64,000 bases of DNA from a virus. This document shows positions 37,755 to 46,457 of this stretch, one piece after another (position 1 is the first letter of the stretch; each line of letters starts with the position of its first letter). The stretch is from the IMG/VR virus record IMGVR_UViG_3300029319_009305, positions 1-64,000 of that record, one strand, 5' to 3'. The notes below the pieces were generated by a model, which made no database searches, was not told the origin of the DNA, and saw only the letters and a list, made by a program, of their open reading frames with translations. The position numbers and the translations under genes are program-made.

Positions 37755-38135
37755 ATGCAAACACATCAAGCCAGACAAAAAGCACTCAGAGGTCTCTTCG
37801 TCGCAGGTCTCCTCACCCGGAAGCAGTATACGACCCTTTCAAATAAGTCAATCAAAATTGAGAAACAGCTTCTTAAGGACACACGACAAGATGAAGTCAA
37901 CGCGCATGTGGAGACTCATCTACTCAGCATCACACCCGGAGAGCTATTCAAGCATCGAGCAGTTTGGGATGCAGTCGGTCGTGATAAGTTCACACGAGAC
38001 GAGATCAGCAAAGCGCTCAATCATCACAAGGAAAACTTTCTTGTCGAACAGGTTCGAAAAGGTCCAAACAACTTTCAAGTCTTCTGGCAACGCACGAAGA
38101 TGAAACTAAATTGCATCATCGAAATCGTCGACTAA
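37755..38135 (+). CDS. winged-helix-like protein, paralog of 22165 and 41913 genes
   Basis: RDEISKAL...LVEQV...NNFQVFW. Confidence 0.7.
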   Translation: MQTHQARQKALRGLFVAGLLTRKQYTTLSNKSIKIEKQLLKDTRQDEVNAHVETHLLSITPGELFKHRAVWDAVGRDKFTRDEISKALNHHKENFLVEQVRKGPNNFQVFWQRTKMKLNCIIEIVD

Positions 38136-38225
38136 TACACAGACAAATATTTAAGTGTCTCTCGCGTGCAAAACCGCGGGAGGCATATTATAATATAAGC
38201 ATATACCAACTAACAAAGGAAAATC

Positions 38226-38483
38226 ATGACTATTACATTACTTGCACATCATATCGAATGGGACTGCGACGGCCGCGACCTCGCAGAACTAGGATTACCC
38301 AGCAAAGTCGAAGTAACCGTTGACCTTAATGACGCTGATGGATGGGAAGGCATTAATAGACAGATCTGTGATCAGCTCTGTGCAAAGGCTGACTGGCTCG
38401 TCGCAGACTATCAACTAGAAGGCTACGACGCTGACGCAGCGCATGCACTTGAAATGAAACAAATGTGGGCAATCGACCTGTAG
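38226..38483 (+). CDS. early hypothetical protein
   Basis: Promoter 38166; IEWD.DG...LP..V. Confidence 0.7.
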   Translation: MTITLLAHHIEWDCDGRDLAELGLPSKVEVTVDLNDADGWEGINRQICDQLCAKADWLVADYQLEGYDADAAHALEMKQMWAIDL

Positions 38484-38517
38484 GTCATCTCAAAAATCAC
38501 GAATCATACACCAGTTC

Positions 38518-38837
38518 CAGGACACTATCATGTACACATTAAGATTCTGCACTCAGACACTATTCACAATGATCTCAATCTACAACTACAACAAGACACC
38601 CTTCAGATTCAGAAGCGGAACTGACATGGTGACGACAGTATTTGCAGACACCAAGGAAGCACTGGTCGATCTAGCGTACCATGTCCATAGCTGGATAGGA
38701 TTTGATCACTCGTTCAATGATGAAGAAGTTCTAGCAGTAATCAAAACCATAGAAGAGTAAGACACACTCCAGCAAAATCTGGGGAAGCATATTATAATAT
38801 AAACACACCAACCACAGGACACTATCATGTACACATT
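38518..38837 (+). repeat. 23-bp direct repeat CAGGACACTATCATGTACACATT
   Basis: Copies at 38518-38540 and 38815-38837, each covering the SD and first codons of adjacent genes. Confidence 0.85.
38530..38760 (+). CDS. hypothetical protein
   Basis: AGGA SD. Confidence 0.55.
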   Translation: MYTLRFCTQTLFTMISIYNYNKTPFRFRSGTDMVTTVFADTKEALVDLAYHVHSWIGFDHSFNDEEVLAVIKTIEE

Positions 38838-39003
38838 CACTGCATTCATCAAAGTAGACAAATACACTCTCGAAGAGATTGACGTAGAAGCCAAGGACTT
38901 CAAAGAGGCAAGGAAAAAGATTCAAGAAGTAATCGACGACATGTATCCCAGCTTCACGAAAATCAAGAAGATCGTCAAAAGAGGACCCGGACTTTTCTTC
39001 TAA
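38827..39003 (+). CDS. early hypothetical protein (58 aa)
   Basis: Promoter 38770; V.A....EA.K motif. Confidence 0.6.
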   Translation: MYTFTAFIKVDKYTLEEIDVEAKDFKEARKKIQEVIDDMYPSFTKIKKIVKRGPGLFF

Positions 39004-39065
39004 CCCGTGCAAAATCGGGAGTAGCATATTATAATATAAACATACACCAACCAAAAGGATTCAAC

Positions 39066-39287
39066 ATGAAAAGAGAATTGAAAAGAGAATGGCACTGCAG
39101 ATACGAAGCACTCCACCCGGGTGGATCTCACCATCAGATCTTCCCGATCTTCGTCAAGGCAGACACACGACAAGAGGCAGAAGCTGAGGTTCGAAGACTC
39201 AAGCCACACGCAACCAAAGTCTGGGTAATCAGAGAATATCTCGAAACATGGCAAATGCCCGTAACCAGAAACGATATGTTTAGATAG
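39066..39287 (+). CDS. early hypothetical protein
   Basis: Promoter 39007. Confidence 0.65.
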   Translation: MKRELKREWHCRYEALHPGGSHHQIFPIFVKADTRQEAEAEVRRLKPHATKVWVIREYLETWQMPVTRNDMFR

Positions 39288-39297
39288 GAGACCGATC

Positions 39298-39462
39298 ATG
39301 ACAAAAAAACAAATCAAAGCACTCAAAGCCATCCGAGGAGAAGAACGTAAAGCACACTTCTCCAACGGAGGCGACCTGGTCTCGTGGAGAGGCGGAACGC
39401 GGACAATCACCCGCAATAAAAAACGATACTCCCGAAAAGGCAAATCAAAGTGGAGAGCATAA
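39298..39462 (+). CDS. small basic protein (54 aa)
   Basis: AGGAG SD; ends RNKKRYSRKGKSKWRA. Confidence 0.55.
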   Translation: MTKKQIKALKAIRGEERKAHFSNGGDLVSWRGGTRTITRNKKRYSRKGKSKWRA

Positions 39463-39722
39463 TGACACATTACGAACAATGGACAACAGCAAGACTAGAA
39501 AGCTTAAGAGGCAGACCCTTAGAATGCTTAGAACAATCAGCATCATCAATACAAATATTTGTACTTGGACAGATCGAGTGGGGCACGTATGACAACGAAG
39601 ACATCTGGGGCGATTACGGTCACGTCACAGACCTAAGACTTCTTCAACAGGTTATCAACGAAAAGAGAACAGATCAAGGCTTAGAGACTGCTGACTACTT
39701 CGATTCATACTTACTTGGATAG
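39462..39722 (+). CDS. hypothetical protein
   Basis: GGAG SD; TAATG coupling. Confidence 0.6.
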   Translation: MTHYEQWTTARLESLRGRPLECLEQSASSIQIFVLGQIEWGTYDNEDIWGDYGHVTDLRLLQQVINEKRTDQGLETADYFDSYLLG

Positions 39723-39732
39723 GAAACCCATC

Positions 39733-39912
39733 ATGACAACTACCATATACATCGACGTAGCAAACACTATGCTCTCCCTAGACATGACACACATCACCCT
39801 ACTCAACTACGCCTACGAATACGACGTCACACTCGACCTCAACACAGGAGCCATCACAGGCTCACACAAAGACGTCCAAGACTTCCTCAACTATATCAAA
39901 TCCTACCAATGA
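39733..39912 (+). CDS. hypothetical protein, extremely A/C-rich coding
   Basis: AGGA SD. Confidence 0.5.
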   Translation: MTTTIYIDVANTMLSLDMTHITLLNYAYEYDVTLDLNTGAITGSHKDVQDFLNYIKSYQ

Positions 39913-40268
39913 CAACACTCAAGACAACCAATCAACACTACAAAAATCTGACAGTGGTCAAGCAACCACTGCCTGAGACCTCTGAGGGCTGTATGATGAT
40001 CTGTCGCACAGGATATATAAATCCACACTACGAATGCACAGGAAGATAAGACGCTACCCAAAAGGTCCTCTGTATCAGGGGCGCAAGATGAAAATGAGTG
40101 AATCTCGATTCATTTTAGACACAAAGTACTGTCAGACGACGATAAAAGACGGCAATATGACGAAAGTGCGCGCCCTAGAGTGAAAATCCGCGAAAAAAGA
40201 CACATATCTCCTGCAAAAAGCGGAGAAGCGTGTTATAATAGAACTATACCAACCAATAAGGAGTAAAA

Positions 40269-40559
40269 ATGAAGGCAAAAAACATGAGCAAGCTGATGGA
40301 ATACCTCGACACACTGACGCCTCTCGAGAAAATGGAAGTCGATCGAGCGAAGTCGGCATACATGGGTGCAGTTTGTGGAGAGACTCAAGCATACGTTGAA
40401 GCGAAGGAAGCGTACGACGAAGCGAGGGCGCATCTCGATATCAATGATCCGGATGAGCGAGAAGTTTTGACGACTCTGTTGAAGAGCATGATGGACGCAC
40501 AGAGTAACGTGCTTGTCATTGCTAAAGAGCTCGAAACACACTTCAACATCATAGCATAG
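40269..40559 (+). CDS. early hypothetical protein
   Basis: Promoter 40211, TAAGGAG SD. Confidence 0.7.
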   Translation: MKAKNMSKLMEYLDTLTPLEKMEVDRAKSAYMGAVCGETQAYVEAKEAYDEARAHLDINDPDEREVLTTLLKSMMDAQSNVLVIAKELETHFNIIA

Positions 40560-40568
40560 GGGAAGATT

Positions 40569-40778
40569 ATGACAGACGTACTTCAAGCTTTGTATAATAC
40601 TATGGTTCTGTTGATCGGACTCGCGACGGTTTTTTCTGCCGGCATGATTATGTTTGCTTTCATTCAGTACTTCTCAAACGCAGGACGCATGCATTCAGAA
40701 GAGAAGCTGATCCTCAAGTATTCAGTCCCAGGTTTGCTCATCTCGTCGACGATCTTGTGCGTGACGTTACAATGTTAA
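40569..40778 (+). CDS. small membrane protein
   Basis: Two hydrophobic helices. Confidence 0.55.
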   Translation: MTDVLQALYNTMVLLIGLATVFSAGMIMFAFIQYFSNAGRMHSEEKLILKYSVPGLLISSTILCVTLQC

Positions 40779-40812
40779 GACGAATACAAGTCATCTCGTT
40801 CCCGGGCGTAAG

Positions 40813-41124
40813 ATGACGCTTCAGGTTGACGTTGCTGAAGACGAGAATACCGGGCAGCCTCTGCGCGTGGGGGATCTCGTGCGCATGAAATATAGTATGG
40901 CGTGGCATATGCCATTACGTCTACCCGAGAAGGCTAACGAACGACTTAAGCTGGGGATGGTAGTCAAAATAAGAGGTGGAAATTTCGGTGGTGACAAACC
41001 TGCGTCACCTGATCTAGCGCACCCGTGGAGGAATCATGTAGTTATTCTAATACCATCGATGGGATTTGTGGAGGTTTCACAAGACAAGTGGTGGAACTCA
41101 GTGCGTTGGGTAGCAAGTCTTTAA
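40813..41124 (+). CDS. 'GDLV' family protein
   Basis: PLRVGDLVRM...LGMVV. Confidence 0.65.
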   Translation: MTLQVDVAEDENTGQPLRVGDLVRMKYSMAWHMPLRLPEKANERLKLGMVVKIRGGNFGGDKPASPDLAHPWRNHVVILIPSMGFVEVSQDKWWNSVRWVASL

Positions 41125-41345
41125 ACGCACACACAAATACACGAGAGCCTTTACAATCAGGCGATCTCGTGCTCATCTTTGACTTGAGTTTGACGATCTA
41201 CGAATTAGGGTTGGTCTTGTCTGTTACTCGCATTAACACTGACAAGACTGATCGCGATCCTTTCAGATATCACATCCTGTGGCGAGAGGGAATGATCAGC
41301 AAATTAATCCGGCTCGATCCGGACTACTTAATTCAGCGCTTATAG
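41025..41345 (+). CDS. 'GDLV' family protein (start uncertain)
   Basis: PLQSGDLVL...LGLV...YHILW. Confidence 0.5.
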   Translation: MEESCSYSNTIDGICGGFTRQVVELSALGSKSLNAHTNTREPLQSGDLVLIFDLSLTIYELGLVLSVTRINTDKTDRDPFRYHILWREGMISKLIRLDPDYLIQRL

Positions 41346-41376
41346 ACGACATAGCTCGTCCTCGTGCGCGAGACAC

Positions 41377-41402
41377 AAAAAAGCCGGACGAGAGGTCCGG
41401 CT
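41377..41402 (-). terminator. intrinsic terminator at convergence of + and - early blocks
   Basis: AGCCGGAC/GTCCGGCT stem with A6 tract on its left. Confidence 0.7.
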
Positions 41403-41413
41403 ATAGTCGAGAA

Positions 41414-41551
41414 CTAGTCTTCGAAAATGTGCGTGTATTCGATACCTTGCGTTCTGAGATGCTTGACGAAAGCTAGCGCTTCGCTGATCTTAGCTGCTGG
41501 GAAGGTGGCTGTACCGACGGGTGTAGTGATGATGTGCATGATGTTATCCAT
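41414..41551 (-). CDS. small hypothetical protein
   Basis: Likely start MDNIM overlapping the stop of the 41544-41810 gene. Confidence 0.45.
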   Translation of the reverse strand: MDNIMHIITTPVGTATFPAAKISEALAFVKHLRTQGIEYTHIFED

Positions 41552-41810
41552 GGTTTGATGTTGAATGTTTTGCGAGCGCGATCGCGCGTGCCGGGATCGG
41601 CGTGTGCACACCGTACTTGACATGACGACGCATGACCTTGACGTATTCCCACTTGCCATCCCAGATCTGCTCGAGCTGAGTCTTGCATGCGTACGCCGAC
41701 TCACGTTCAGCGTAAACCTGCGTAGAGATTGTCACGCTCTCTTCAGTCGTTGGGTTGAACCGGCCGGCGATGACGAGCCATACTACGGGGATTTGTGTAT
41801 TGTTCTGCAT
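41544..41810 (-). CDS. hypothetical protein
   Basis: CAGGA SD; in leftward early block. Confidence 0.55.
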   Translation of the reverse strand: MQNNTQIPVVWLVIAGRFNPTTEESVTISTQVYAERESAYACKTQLEQIWDGKWEYVKVMRRHVKYGVHTPIPARAIALAKHSTSNHG

Positions 41811-41873
41811 GAGATATCCTGTGTGTGAGATGTCTTAGGTGTAGAGGGATAAAATGTAGACTAAAATAAACTC

Positions 41874-41906
41874 AAAAAAATGGTGCTGGGTTTGACCCCA
41901 GCACCA
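41874..41906 (-). terminator. intrinsic terminator
   Basis: TGGTGCTGGG/CCCAGCACCA stem plus U7 on the minus strand, just after the stop at 41913. Confidence 0.8.
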
Positions 41907-41912
41907 GATATC

Positions 41913-42404
41913 TTACTCCCCAGCGGGAGCTTCTGCTTCCTCCTCCTCGGGAGCAGCTTCGACGCTGTGCACCCAGCGACGTTGGAAGTTATTGACCTCG
42001 TGAGGCTCGACGACGACAGGGAACTTGTTCCCATCATCATCCAACTCGGACTTGATGCCGACCTGGCGCGCGAGACCCTTCTTCTCGAGCTGCTTGAGAG
42101 ACCAGAGGATATCCTCGCGGGAGGCCTCGACGAAGCGATTGATGGGTGCGGCTGCTGCCGCGAAGGAACCCGAGGTGGGCTTGATGGACCAGAATCGGAA
42201 GGACTGGCCTTTCGGGGTGGTGAAGAACTCGGTGAGCTCCTCGAGAACCGCGGCACGACGGGCCTTGACGGCTTCCCGCGCGATGGCCTTGGCTGCCTTA
42301 TCGGTGAAGACGGCTTCCCCGGACGCGTCGAGCGCGAGGTGGCCTTTGAGGGTGAGAGAGATGACCTGTGCGGTCGAGAGATTTGCGATTTGCTCGGGTG
42401 TCAT
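41913..42404 (-). CDS. winged-helix-like protein, GC-rich, first gene of leftward block
   Basis: ACCAACCAGGAG leader; REDILWSLKQLEKKGLA...NNFQRRW; acidic tail. Confidence 0.75.
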   Translation of the reverse strand: MTPEQIANLSTAQVISLTLKGHLALDASGEAVFTDKAAKAIAREAVKARRAAVLEELTEFFTTPKGQSFRFWSIKPTSGSFAAAAAPINRFVEASREDILWSLKQLEKKGLARQVGIKSELDDDGNKFPVVVEPHEVNNFQRRWVHSVEAAPEEEEAEAPAGE

Positions 42405-42456
42405 ATTGACTCCTGGTTGGTAGTTGAGCGATGTGGGAGAGTGTCCCTGTAATAAT

Positions 42457-42711
42457 ATTATACCGCGTGTCTGCCGGTTTTGCATGAGCGGGATATCTGG
42501 GAGAGCTGGAAGTTTCCGGGAGGGGAGACTCGGCGGGAGGATGATGATCCATCCTGCCTTACATATATATTATAATAGGTCTCGATAAAATTTGCACGAG
42601 CTCGACAGGGTGGGAGGGCGCCCTGCATCTCACGCAGCTTTTCGAGCGCTTGGACGCGCCCTCACGACGACGTCATTTAGCCCCTATAGCGCGCGCTGTC
42701 AAATTTTGCAC
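42457..42711 (-). promoter_or_regulatory. three tandem leftward promoters of the same family
   Basis: ATGCAA-17-TATAAT (42485-42457), GTGCAA-17-TATAAT (42597-42569), GTGCAA-17-TATAGG (42711-42683). Confidence 0.8.
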
Positions 42712-42719
42712 GACGGGGG

Positions 42720-42797
42720 CCTTAGAGAGGGCCGGGGGGCGCGCCCTGGGGCCGCCAGCCCATGGGGGCGGCGTGCGAGCCCCGAGGGCGGCTAAGG
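42720..42797. other. very GC-rich nested inverted repeat at a compositional boundary
   Basis: CCTTAG/CTAAGG, CGCCCT/AGGGCG, GCCGCC/GGCGGC nested arms; 49/60 GC in 42721-42780. Confidence 0.6.
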
Positions 42798-42960
42798 GCG
42801 TTTTCTGCTCCTGAAATTTTCATAAACTTTTACCTACTGTTCTGCGTTCATAGTAATCATATTCGGTCATATTAAATTTTACATCACTAAAAAACAAATT
42901 TCTGCGGGCAAGAACTGTGGTTATTGAATTTTCTCACAAAAATTTCTCCGGAACTTTTTG

Positions 42961-43665
42961 AAAACTTTTCCTATTTATCTCTAAGGAGTTAACATGCGTA
43001 TAAAAAAAATAGACTTAAAATTACTAATAGAAAATTTAATGAATGAGGCAGTCAAAGACCCGGGTGACCAAAGATGGTCTGCGATCCGGATGATGCTTAA
43101 TGTAATTGATCAGAAAAAGTTGCCTGATTTTAGTGATCCTAAAACGTGGCAACCAAAAGATTGGGATGCTAATGACGATGCCTTGCTTAAAAAAGTTACT
43201 GGTGTAGACGAAATAGATGGCCTTGACTTTATGCAAGTTGGAAAATCTTTAAAGGCTAAGCTTGAAGCTGTTGTTATTGACAATGAAACTGGAAAGACTG
43301 GCAAGGACGCAAACTTATACGGTATGCTGATGAATTCGCTAGCAAGTGAGTCCAAGCCTAAAGAAGTTATTGATCAGGCTAAAAAAGCTAGCGAAAAGCC
43401 AGCTGAGCAATCTGATAAAAAAGCAGGGGACGTCTCTGGGCAGGAAGGTAAGATTATTCAAGATCCTAAATCGGCAGGATATCATTACAAAAAAGTTGGA
43501 GACAATTACTACATTATTAGTTCACCAAAGGATGCAAAAGTCTCAGAGAAAAATGCTAGCTTTGTCGATCCTCAGGCTATGAAAGGTGCATATGATGCAA
43601 TTAGTAAATTGTTTTGATCAGAAAATATTTTCTTAGCATTTTATAAAAACTTTTCCTATTTATCT
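42961..43665 (+). repeat. 20-bp direct repeat AAAACTTTTCCTATTTATCT upstream of two adjacent genes
   Basis: Identical copies at 42961-42980 and 43646-43665; contains a TATTTA core. Confidence 0.85.
42994..43617 (+). CDS. tagged hypothetical protein (MRIKKIDLKLLIE)
   Basis: TAAGGAG SD; tag motif. Confidence 0.75.
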   Translation: MRIKKIDLKLLIENLMNEAVKDPGDQRWSAIRMMLNVIDQKKLPDFSDPKTWQPKDWDANDDALLKKVTGVDEIDGLDFMQVGKSLKAKLEAVVIDNETGKTGKDANLYGMLMNSLASESKPKEVIDQAKKASEKPAEQSDKKAGDVSGQEGKIIQDPKSAGYHYKKVGDNYYIISSPKDAKVSEKNASFVDPQAMKGAYDAISKLF

Positions 43666-43667
43666 AC

Positions 43668-44096
43668 ATGAAGATTAAGATTACAAAAATACAACTAAGA
43701 AATATTATTCGTGAGTCTATTGTAGACGATTTTTTAAAAGATGTAGAAGTAAATGAAGATTTACTGAAATTCGTTAGCAATTTTAATATTTTTAAAACAA
43801 AGGTTTTAAAAAGTTATGAAGGTTGGGTAAGGGGTAAAGAAGCTACAGCTGAAGAGCTTCAATCATATTTGTTAAGTTTAGACAAAGCTATGCCTGATCA
43901 ATATTCGGAAGGTTTTTTGATTGTCTTCAGCGCCGGGATAGGTATACTTGTTAGTAAGTGGGGTTTGAAATACCTTTCTCCCACGGGTTTGGTTGTGACA
44001 TGGGCTACACATAAAAATACCCTTATTGACGTTTTTAAGAAAAAAGGGCCCGAAGCTACTATGAACTTATATGTAGAATTATTTAAAAATTTATAA
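43668..44096 (+). CDS. tagged hypothetical protein (MKIKITKIQLRNIIRES)
   Basis: Tag motif; apparently leaderless. Confidence 0.7.
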   Translation: MKIKITKIQLRNIIRESIVDDFLKDVEVNEDLLKFVSNFNIFKTKVLKSYEGWVRGKEATAEELQSYLLSLDKAMPDQYSEGFLIVFSAGIGILVSKWGLKYLSPTGLVVTWATHKNTLIDVFKKKGPEATMNLYVELFKNL

Positions 44097-44149
44097 TATT
44101 GATGGAATGTAGTGTTACAGATTTATAATTATGCATAAGGAGAATATTA

Positions 44150-45193
44150 ATGAAGATTACAAGAAAACAATTGCGACGACTAGTTGAGGCTGAAGATTTA
44201 GGCGCCGAGGTGACGTCTCATCATCAGGGTACTAGAACTGTCCTTAAAAATGTTTACAATATGTTATCTAGTGAAATTAAAGCTAGTACTAAAGAGGTAA
44301 AAAGTAGTAATGAAGAGCTTAAAGCCTTGATTAATTCTTTATTATCTAAAGAAAAATCTAGAAAAGTTCGAAAAGGTAATGTCAGTGAATCCATGGACAA
44401 TAGAATGAAATTATCAAGCAGCCAATTAAGGCAATTAATTAGAGAGACAATCCACAAAACAATAGGAGACAAAATGAAACTCAATAGAAGACAAATCAGA
44501 CGCCTGATTGAATCGACTTTAAACGAGGCGTTGCCATCAGGATTCAATGTAGGACAAGGACAAAGAAATATTGCTGCTGACTTACTCAGGCAGCTAGCTG
44601 ATATATACGACAACATCGATGGTTATAGCAGTTTTGAAGAGGATTTCAACAAAGCACATGATGAAGCTAAACGCACCGGTGACGGCTATGTCCGACTCAC
44701 TCAGATTATTGGAATTAATTCGTATTTTTTGACAGTGTCTAGTGATTCCGAACTGAGTGATTTGCAGAGTCTAGACGTGGACAGCATTGCTGCGAATTCT
44801 CGTCGGCCTACAGGAAATCGAGATTATGATGAGCAAGTTCCTTTCTTTCGTGATCACGCAACTGACCCTGGGAAGTACACACTTGTCCGATTCATTGACG
44901 ACTGTAATAGAGCAGATCTAATGACCCGATTCGGAATTCAACAAATCGATAACCCGGTTTTTGATATTAACACGGGAGATCTCGTGGATGGAGGCCACGG
45001 TGAGGCTGAGCTTCAAAAGAGCGGTAATGCTCTGAGCATAATATATCCTGGCGACGGCAGGGCCCGCGGGAAGGTGAACACTGTGAGGGCTTCTAATCCT
45101 GGACTGGGTGTTCAATCAATTAGTAGAGGTGAGAAGTTCAGAAAAATTGCCGCACAAAAATGTCGAGAGCTAGCTGACGCACTGGAGCGGTAA
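44150..45193 (+). CDS. hypothetical protein with three tag motifs
   Basis: Tags at ATG 44150, 44405 and 44474. Confidence 0.75.
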   Translation: MKITRKQLRRLVEAEDLGAEVTSHHQGTRTVLKNVYNMLSSEIKASTKEVKSSNEELKALINSLLSKEKSRKVRKGNVSESMDNRMKLSSSQLRQLIRETIHKTIGDKMKLNRRQIRRLIESTLNEALPSGFNVGQGQRNIAADLLRQLADIYDNIDGYSSFEEDFNKAHDEAKRTGDGYVRLTQIIGINSYFLTVSSDSELSDLQSLDVDSIAANSRRPTGNRDYDEQVPFFRDHATDPGKYTLVRFIDDCNRADLMTRFGIQQIDNPVFDINTGDLVDGGHGEAELQKSGNALSIIYPGDGRARGKVNTVRASNPGLGVQSISRGEKFRKIAAQKCRELADALER

Positions 45194-45198
45194 TTTTG

Positions 45199-45873
45199 AT
45201 GAAACTTAACAGAAGACAATTAAGAAGACTTATTCGGGAAGCACTCGATGTAAGAGATCCAGCTGCTATAAAAAGATATCAAGAATTCAAGAAAAGCCGG
45301 CAGCCACCTGAGCTTGATGATGAATTTTATGACAGCTTTAAAGACGCTGAAGGGCGAATAGACCCTAAGCAATATGACGTTGCTGACAAGCACTATGATG
45401 CTGCATTAAAGCGTATTGCTGATCGGGAAGCACAGGAAGAAGGTTATGAAGATGCTGATGACAAGTTCAATGATGAGTGGATGAAAGAAATAGAAGCTGA
45501 GAATGCTGCACGTGATGAAAGAAATCGCCGGGCCCGGGAATTTGCCGGCATTGATAACCCAAATTTTGATGTAGAATATTATAGTAAATTTAACTTACAT
45601 AAGGGTTACGCTGAAAAAGCTCTGGCAAGTGGAAACGAGAAAGAATTTGAAAGTAACTATGGGAACATGGCTCTGTATGGAAACATGATGTATGGTCCTG
45701 AATCTAATCGTTGGAAAGAAGAAGAGGGAGTTCCAGAGTTAACGCAAGCTTATGAAAAAGTTGTTGCGGGTAGTACGATAGATCAACTTATTGATAGGGG
45801 TTTAGACGCAGACTTTTTTAATTATAAAAAATCGCCCACGCTTAAGGCACTTGGTTTATTTGATGATAAGTAG
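45199..45873 (+). CDS. tagged acidic hypothetical protein (MKLNRRQLRRLIREA)
   Basis: Tag motif; GGAG SD. Confidence 0.75.
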   Translation: MKLNRRQLRRLIREALDVRDPAAIKRYQEFKKSRQPPELDDEFYDSFKDAEGRIDPKQYDVADKHYDAALKRIADREAQEEGYEDADDKFNDEWMKEIEAENAARDERNRRAREFAGIDNPNFDVEYYSKFNLHKGYAEKALASGNEKEFESNYGNMALYGNMMYGPESNRWKEEEGVPELTQAYEKVVAGSTIDQLIDRGLDADFFNYKKSPTLKALGLFDDK

Positions 45874-46024
45874 TTAGAGTTTGTTTTGGCGGAGGAGGAC
45901 CGTTAGGTCCTACTCAGCAATCGTAGAGTAAAAGTCGCGCCGGCGAGGCCGTGATATATTTAAATTTTCTCTCCTTTAATTTTTGGATTTTACTTTTTAA
46001 TCGGATAATTATGGGGAGGTTCTT

Positions 46025-46384
46025 ATGCTTGAATTTTTCAATATTAAGATGATATACGCAATTTGTTTTTTCGTGGCAGGTCATTGTTTAGGTTGGTACG
46101 CTCATAATTTACAATTTGTTAATGAATTTTGGAAAGACAAGGTTGTTCTTCCCACTATTATTTTTGGTATACCTTGTTTGCTCGCTTTTTGGTGGGGAAC
46201 TAAGTTTGCAATGGAGGCCTCTGGTGAGCTCTGGACAGCTCGTTTTGTTGCAGCCGTGTTTTCATACCTAACGTTTCCAATAATGACCTGGTGGTACCTT
46301 GGTGAATCCATGTTTACACTTAAGACAATATCTTGTGTGTTTCTTGCATTTTGTATTTTATTGATTCAAATATTTGTTAAATAG
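46025..46384 (+). CDS. small multi-pass membrane protein (DMT/EamA-like)
   Basis: Four hydrophobic helices, LGES motif; GGAGG SD. Confidence 0.65.
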   Translation: MLEFFNIKMIYAICFFVAGHCLGWYAHNLQFVNEFWKDKVVLPTIIFGIPCLLAFWWGTKFAMEASGELWTARFVAAVFSYLTFPIMTWWYLGESMFTLKTISCVFLAFCILLIQIFVK

Positions 46385-46457
46385 TTTCAAAATTCTTGTA
46401 AACATTTATTTAAACGCTGTATTATTTTGCAACCTAATAAAAATAGAGGAGGTAAAT

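Larger units (their letters stand above)
10704..40239 (+). promoter_or_regulatory. dispersed family of 25 sigma70-like promoters (consensus GTGCAA-N17-TATAAT) on the + strand
   Basis: -35 hexamer starts at 10704,14554,16761,16985,21083,23138,24466,25297,26418,27252,28789,29701,30979,32378,33376,33919,34157,35608,36423,37244,37680,38166,38770,39007,40211; each has exact 17-nt spacing to TATAAT and sits upstream of an ORF. Confidence 0.9.

Noticed and set aside
23138-40260. CRISPR array suggested by recurring ~45-nt motifs
   Set aside because: The repeats are degenerate promoters and leaders separated by whole genes; there is no constant spacer length and no cas genes.
41861-42552. Long overlapping ORFs on several frames (41880+, 42025+, 41861-, 42298-)
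   Set aside because: These are shadows of high GC; only 42404-41913 has the promoter, leader, SD, terminator and paralogs.
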